A stretch of DNA of 64,000 nt from Naegleria gruberi (taxonomy: Eukaryota). The translations under genes were made by a program, and so were the position numbers. Below, in pieces: positions 59,083 through 64,000 of this stretch (position 1 is its first letter; the number at the start of each line of letters is the position of its first letter). The notes under the pieces were generated by a model. It searched no databases and was not told the DNA's origin. It saw only the letters and a program-made list of their open reading frames with translations. The stretch is taken from assembly GCA_000004985.1 (NCBI GenBank), contig GG738914.1; one strand, written 5' to 3'.

Positions 59083-59669
59083 AATGTTTTGTTTTTTTGA
59101 ATTGTTCAAAAGTTAAGTAGCATGCTTCGGGATTTTGGGATTTTTGCAACATGACAAGACACATCTTCACTTTTGGAAGAGTAATGTGATTTTATGATGA
59201 AAGGTTCCAAATGAAGAACATTGAATAAAAGAATCTAACAAGTAAGATTTTGCTAAAACAAAGAAAATGAGCCTTTCTTCATCATCATTCCATAATAACC
59301 AAACATTCCTTTCCTCAATTACCTCTTCAAAGCATCATCAGAGATAACCAACCACTCACAATTTATATCAAAAGTTAACCTTATTCAGAGACTTCTCTCG
59401 TTCCCTCAAAAAACCTTTTAAAAAATTAAAAGCAATCCTTCACCATTTTGTGCCTTAATTTTTTTTAAGAAATTGTTGGCGGGTAAAATCATCATCTTTT
59501 CCTTCGGAATTAAGAAAATGCTCGATTAAAAAAAAATCCTTATCATATTCCTTCACCTTTATCGAATTTCCAATGAGATTTGATGCTGGCACTACATGAG
59601 TAATATTTGAAGAAGAATTCTTGTAATGTTGGTGGTGCTTCATCTAGATTTAAATAATATTTAAAAAAA

Positions 59670-62579
59670 ATGTATGGAAATAACAAGAGGAAAAGAAAGT
59701 CATCATCCAAAACGGAGTGGTATGAAGGAGTATCATCATCCGATAGAATTGCATTGGTCAATTTTATTGTAGAATTGATTCCTGGAAGTTTGGAAGTAGT
59801 GAGAAAAAAGCTTGGTGATTTGATGGTGCAATCAAAAACACTAGATGATTTTGCTCAATCAGTTGCTGAATTTGTTCGACAACGAGCAAGAACCTATTCA
59901 GTTGACTATATAAAGGGGATGGTATTGGATAAGTTGGGTTTTAATTCACTATTTCTCACAGAGGAAATTCCTCTCCTTCCTTCACTTCCTTTAACAACAA
60001 TTCAACATAATTTGCTTCAACAACTGCCATCTCTACCTCCTCCTCTCTCTATACCAAATTCACTTTTTGATTTGAGTTCGGATCCATTGGATCTTTTACC
60101 AGGTACAATTACAACACCTTCTCCAAACAGTAATACTGTTAGACAAATGCCAAATAGAAGAATACCTTCACGTGGTATTGGCACTTCAGCACTTTCTATG
60201 TCTTCCTATACATCTTTCCCTGATCTCCCTCCTTCCAATCAAAACAGTGGATTGGTTGTTCGAGGTAATGAATTTAATTCACTGTTATTTGAAAATTTTG
60301 TGGAGAGAAACAAAAGAGTATCACAAGCTGTTAATGTACCTGGAATGAATATTGAAGAGCTAATGGAACAATATAGACATTGTACCAAGCTAGCCAAATT
60401 GTGGATAGTGCAAGATTTGATAACAAGAAATGAACTATCTCTAGTTTGTGGAGATGAATGGAAAGATTCTATTCTACTTTCCAATCTTCCATTTGATTTA
60501 AAGTGTGAGATTATCACATTTATTCCGACTGAAAGTTTTACTAACTGTTGGTGGATTCAATATTTGAGATTAAGAATTATTTCAAAATCAATGAAATCTA
60601 GGCTTGAAGAGACTCTCTTTTCAAGAATGACAAATGAAGGAATTGATCTCAGTGTTGTTATGAGTTCCCAACTCTCTAATTTTACTATCAAAGGAATACT
60701 TTCTCTATTATCCACACATGCAGAGTACGTAAGACAGGGTAATCAGTTTAGTGGTGATTTTTTAATTCCTAAAGGAGTCCCTGAAGAAGCAGATACCGAT
60801 ACATTCCAACTATTATCAAAAAAGGGTCTACTAAGCATGCCCAAATTTAATGGGAATACTTTTCGTTCAAAATTAGAGGAAAATCAATCGATTGATTATT
60901 CAAAATCATTCGATCACGATTATATGGAAACTTTGGTAACTATGGCTGCTAAAGAAGATAATACATCCTATAATCCATTTCAACAACATGTTGCTGCAAT
61001 CAATGATATTACAACAAAACAAAATGGTTTAGTGATGCAGTTGCAAACAGCTTTTCGTCAACCCGAACAAGAATTTACGAGTTTGGAAATTAATAATCCC
61101 TTTATCAAATCTCTTACTATTTCCTTAAATAGAACAAGAAACAATTTTATTACTGACATTTTGACTAATCTTGAGGAGTTGACTATAATAGTTGCACTTA
61201 CCGATTTTACTTATCCATTTTCACAACTCTTGAATAATATCAATCATCTCAAGCTAAAGAAATTGAATATTGTTTGCTACGATCATCTTCCAACAACATT
61301 GTTTCACAGCATTGAAGGTAGATTAGATTTATTAGATTTTGGAGGAACAATTTCTCTTTACGCTGATATTGACGAAGGTTTAATACACACAGCATCTTTG
61401 AGCAACCTACCAATTACTATTTTATTGGGAGATAAGATAATCAAATCAACACTCGATTTCAAAAATTTGACATTTAGTTTTCATCCAATTCGAGACTTTA
61501 ATGTTACAAAATATATTTTTGAAAAGGGATGGTATAGGAAAATAGATCACTCCATAACACGTATAGCACCCTTGTTTACGTCTATTGAAAATAATAAGAA
61601 AAGCACTTTTCCTTTTAGTTGGTTTAACGCTGACCAGATTAAGGAATTATTGAAATACTTTGTTTATGGTAACCAATTTCCTTGGTATGAAACTCCCTCA
61701 AACCAATTAGATGAATCTATTATACAATATTATTTACACATGTTGAATGTTAACCAAAAGCGATTAAGATACTCGGAACCTAAAGACTGCAGCGCAAAGA
61801 TCTTGAATATGATAGTTTGGGGTTATGATATTAGCCTATGTCCTGAACTAATTCTCACCAATTGTACTAATTTTGGAAATATTGGACGGAGACTTGTAAT
61901 TGAAAAATTGAAACTAAATCCAAATTATATTAATGTAGACAAAATCAGGGCTTTAATGCAATCCACGAAATCAAATACTAATGCCTTGTATTGTATTGTA
62001 CAACTTATTCCTTATATTCAAAACAATAATCAAATATTTGAAAGTTATTTACTGAATGGTAAGAAGACAAATGCTCTACTTTCTATTATTTTCCAACCAA
62101 CCATGCTTGCAGAATATGTGTTTGATAATTTTGTTAGTATCTCCAATATTGAGAGTGATGTGGAAGTATCTGGACTAAATATTTCCATGTTTAGTGTTAT
62201 ATTATCTTCACCACTCCCTAATAGACTAGTTTTAAAATTAGCAACAAGTAATCCAAAACTACTCGTTCGAAGAAATAGTGATGGTAATATTCCACTCCAC
62301 TATTGTTTCGGCTCACCTAAACGATATGTACTAATCAAGCCTTTCCTTGAATTAGCTCCAGACACCCTTGATTATGAAGATAAAAATGGCTACAAACCTT
62401 ATCATCTCATTCCAGAATGTTTGGAGGTTCAAGGTCCAAGACATCAAACTGGGATTGATTTGGGAATGGATTTTTTCCAAACTTTCATTCTTCCTGATGT
62501 TGTTAAAGATAGATTAAAGGAAGAATATGAAGCTCAACATGGTTTCCGACTGACCAACCACAAATTTGTGAATAACTGA
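59670..62579 (+). CDS. hypothetical 969-aa protein with a basic N-terminus and C-terminal ankyrin-like repeats
   Basis: This is a long open frame beginning at an ATG. An N-terminal KRKRK stretch is present. The C-terminal segment NSDGNIPLHYCFGS...DKNGYKPYHLI resembles ankyrin repeats. Confidence 0.45.
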   Translation: MYGNNKRKRKSSSKTEWYEGVSSSDRIALVNFIVELIPGSLEVVRKKLGDLMVQSKTLDDFAQSVAEFVRQRARTYSVDYIKGMVLDKLGFNSLFLTEEIPLLPSLPLTTIQHNLLQQLPSLPPPLSIPNSLFDLSSDPLDLLPGTITTPSPNSNTVRQMPNRRIPSRGIGTSALSMSSYTSFPDLPPSNQNSGLVVRGNEFNSLLFENFVERNKRVSQAVNVPGMNIEELMEQYRHCTKLAKLWIVQDLITRNELSLVCGDEWKDSILLSNLPFDLKCEIITFIPTESFTNCWWIQYLRLRIISKSMKSRLEETLFSRMTNEGIDLSVVMSSQLSNFTIKGILSLLSTHAEYVRQGNQFSGDFLIPKGVPEEADTDTFQLLSKKGLLSMPKFNGNTFRSKLEENQSIDYSKSFDHDYMETLVTMAAKEDNTSYNPFQQHVAAINDITTKQNGLVMQLQTAFRQPEQEFTSLEINNPFIKSLTISLNRTRNNFITDILTNLEELTIIVALTDFTYPFSQLLNNINHLKLKKLNIVCYDHLPTTLFHSIEGRLDLLDFGGTISLYADIDEGLIHTASLSNLPITILLGDKIIKSTLDFKNLTFSFHPIRDFNVTKYIFEKGWYRKIDHSITRIAPLFTSIENNKKSTFPFSWFNADQIKELLKYFVYGNQFPWYETPSNQLDESIIQYYLHMLNVNQKRLRYSEPKDCSAKILNMIVWGYDISLCPELILTNCTNFGNIGRRLVIEKLKLNPNYINVDKIRALMQSTKSNTNALYCIVQLIPYIQNNNQIFESYLLNGKKTNALLSIIFQPTMLAEYVFDNFVSISNIESDVEVSGLNISMFSVILSSPLPNRLVLKLATSNPKLLVRRNSDGNIPLHYCFGSPKRYVLIKPFLELAPDTLDYEDKNGYKPYHLIPECLEVQGPRHQTGIDLGMDFFQTFILPDVVKDRLKEEYEAQHGFRLTNHKFVNN

Positions 62580-62631
62580 TATTTCAACCAAACTAGGATT
62601 ACTTGGATCCAATAAAGGTAGTTCCAGTTTA

Positions 62632-63959
62632 TTAAAACTTCCAATCTCTTTCACTGGCTGGATTGGCTGGTTCGTAACCGGCCAGAACAGCTCTGTAATT
62701 AGGACCTTTAGATTTAATAATTTCAGAGATTTCTCTCTCCTCCAATTCCTTCAAACTCAATCCTTCAATATTGAATGGACAAAGATCACAATCTCCTCTA
62801 TTGAGAGGATGATCAGCCTTCTCGTAAATGTTGGCATCCTTCCTACAATAAAACGATCTATCAAATAATCTCAATAAAAAGTGATCAAAACGACCATCAC
62901 TATCTTCGTGAAAGTATGATGGATTGATATTCTCAATTTTCAAGAAGAAATTATCCAAATCCGAGTGAGTATGAAAGGTAATATGTTCAGTGTTAGGGAA
63001 TTCATTCTGGAGAAATTGTGAAGTGAATGTTAACCTCATATCTGTAAATCCAATCAATTCAATTCTTTCCAAAAACTTGGTTATACTACCCAATTGCTTA
63101 ATATTCGAGAGGGAACCCAGAGCAGAGAGAATATCCACAACAAAATGTTGATGATTACTTTTCTGTAAGTTGAACAATCGAGTACCATTCCACAGACAGC
63201 ACACTTGTGAAATCTTTTTCAAAAATCGGGCAATATTCTTCTCACCTTCCACTTTCACTATTCAACACAGTTAAAATAATAAATATAGATCAATAACATA
63301 CATAATTGAATGCAATTACATGAAGGACTGGTCTTGTATGGATTAGACAATGAAGGATGAACAATGGAATCTTCTCCCCACTCCAAAAACCAATCACCAA
63401 CCATGAGTCCTGTTCTAAACAGTGTATATGGTCGTAATCTCTTATCTGAGCCCATAGAAAAAACGTGTGAATGACTAAATGGGAATATAACTAACTGAAT
63501 TAAAATAAATGGTTTCGAACCAAAACTCTGAGATCTAGACAATTTCTGTGACGAAGATGTCAATCCACTGAAACTTCTTGTCAATGGTGAAGAGCCAACA
63601 TTATTTACAAAACCTCCCAGACCATTGGTATTATCAGTTATTTCTCGCAAGGCAGAAACAAATCGCTTCTCAACGTCATCCTCCACAAGTTCCTCATTCT
63701 GCACCTTCTTTGCCAATAATCCTCCAATATTCACTCCACTGTGCATTGACTTTTCCAAGCTCATTAAAACAGTTTGATAATTGAAAAAGTAGCAAAACAT
63801 GAAACAATCGGCCAAGATTAATGTATGAGCTAAGAGTTTCTTCTCTTGTGGAACGAGTCCACCACCACCACATGGCTTGATTTTCTTGATACAATTATTG
63901 AGACACAAATTCTCTAAAGGACTCAATCGTGAAGCTTGTGATGGTAAGAAGAGTAACAT
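62632..63959 (-). CDS. hypothetical protein, 2 exons (intron 63258..63301)
   Basis: A 44-nt GTATGT...TTAAC...GAATAG intron joins ...CIQL to LKVEGEKNIARF in frame. The downstream ORF begins at a GTG. The function is unknown. Confidence 0.45.
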
Positions 63960-64000
63960 GTCATTATTCGATTGGTGGACATTAGCAGTTGGAGGAAGTG

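Noticed and set aside
1-64000. CRISPR arrays, operons, restriction or defence islands, or other prokaryotic or phage systems
   Set aside because: The sequence is plainly eukaryotic, with spliceosomal introns, actin, tRNAs of eukaryotic type and a LINE. I found no direct-repeat/spacer arrays or Shine-Dalgarno-spaced polycistrons.

Overview
This window is AT-rich nuclear DNA from a microbial eukaryote, not a prokaryote or virus; an amoebozoan- or protist-like genome is my guess (inference). The evidence is a canonical actin gene, an actin-related protein fragment, Rad1, a class-II histone deacetylase, a PRL phosphatase ending in a CAAX box, an Atg11/FIP200-like coiled-coil protein, tRNA-Gly(GCC), tRNA-Phe(GAA), and several short spliceosomal introns (36-81 nt, GTAWGT...YAG, often with a CTAAC/TTAAC branch-like motif) that join adjacent ORFs in frame. 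Many M residues at the start of ORFs in the supplied track are actually TTG/GTG/CTG codons, so those ORFs are internal exons. The content is dominated by (i) three giant extracellular proteins with tenascin-type EGF repeats, of 1184 aa or more, 2470 aa, and more than 4300 aa; the largest combines a LamG/ConA-like domain, EGF repeats, a huge Ser/Thr-rich region, furin/VSP-like Cys repeats and a polytopic membrane module of about 10 TM segments; (ii) three paralogous F-box plus RNI-type LRR genes; (iii) a tandem pair of paralogous 7TM-like genes that share an intron position; (iv) a 5'-truncated non-LTR (LINE) retrotransposon (RT, RNase H, CCHC-like domain) lying directly upstream of the Rad1 start codon; (v) a secreted protein with a peptidoglycan-binding-like domain and a YkuD L,D-transpeptidase domain, which is a candidate bacterial-derived gene; and (vi) a candidate C/D-box snoRNA. 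I found no CRISPR, operon or prokaryotic defence signal. All identifications rest on reading motifs in the translations by eye, because no searches could be run.
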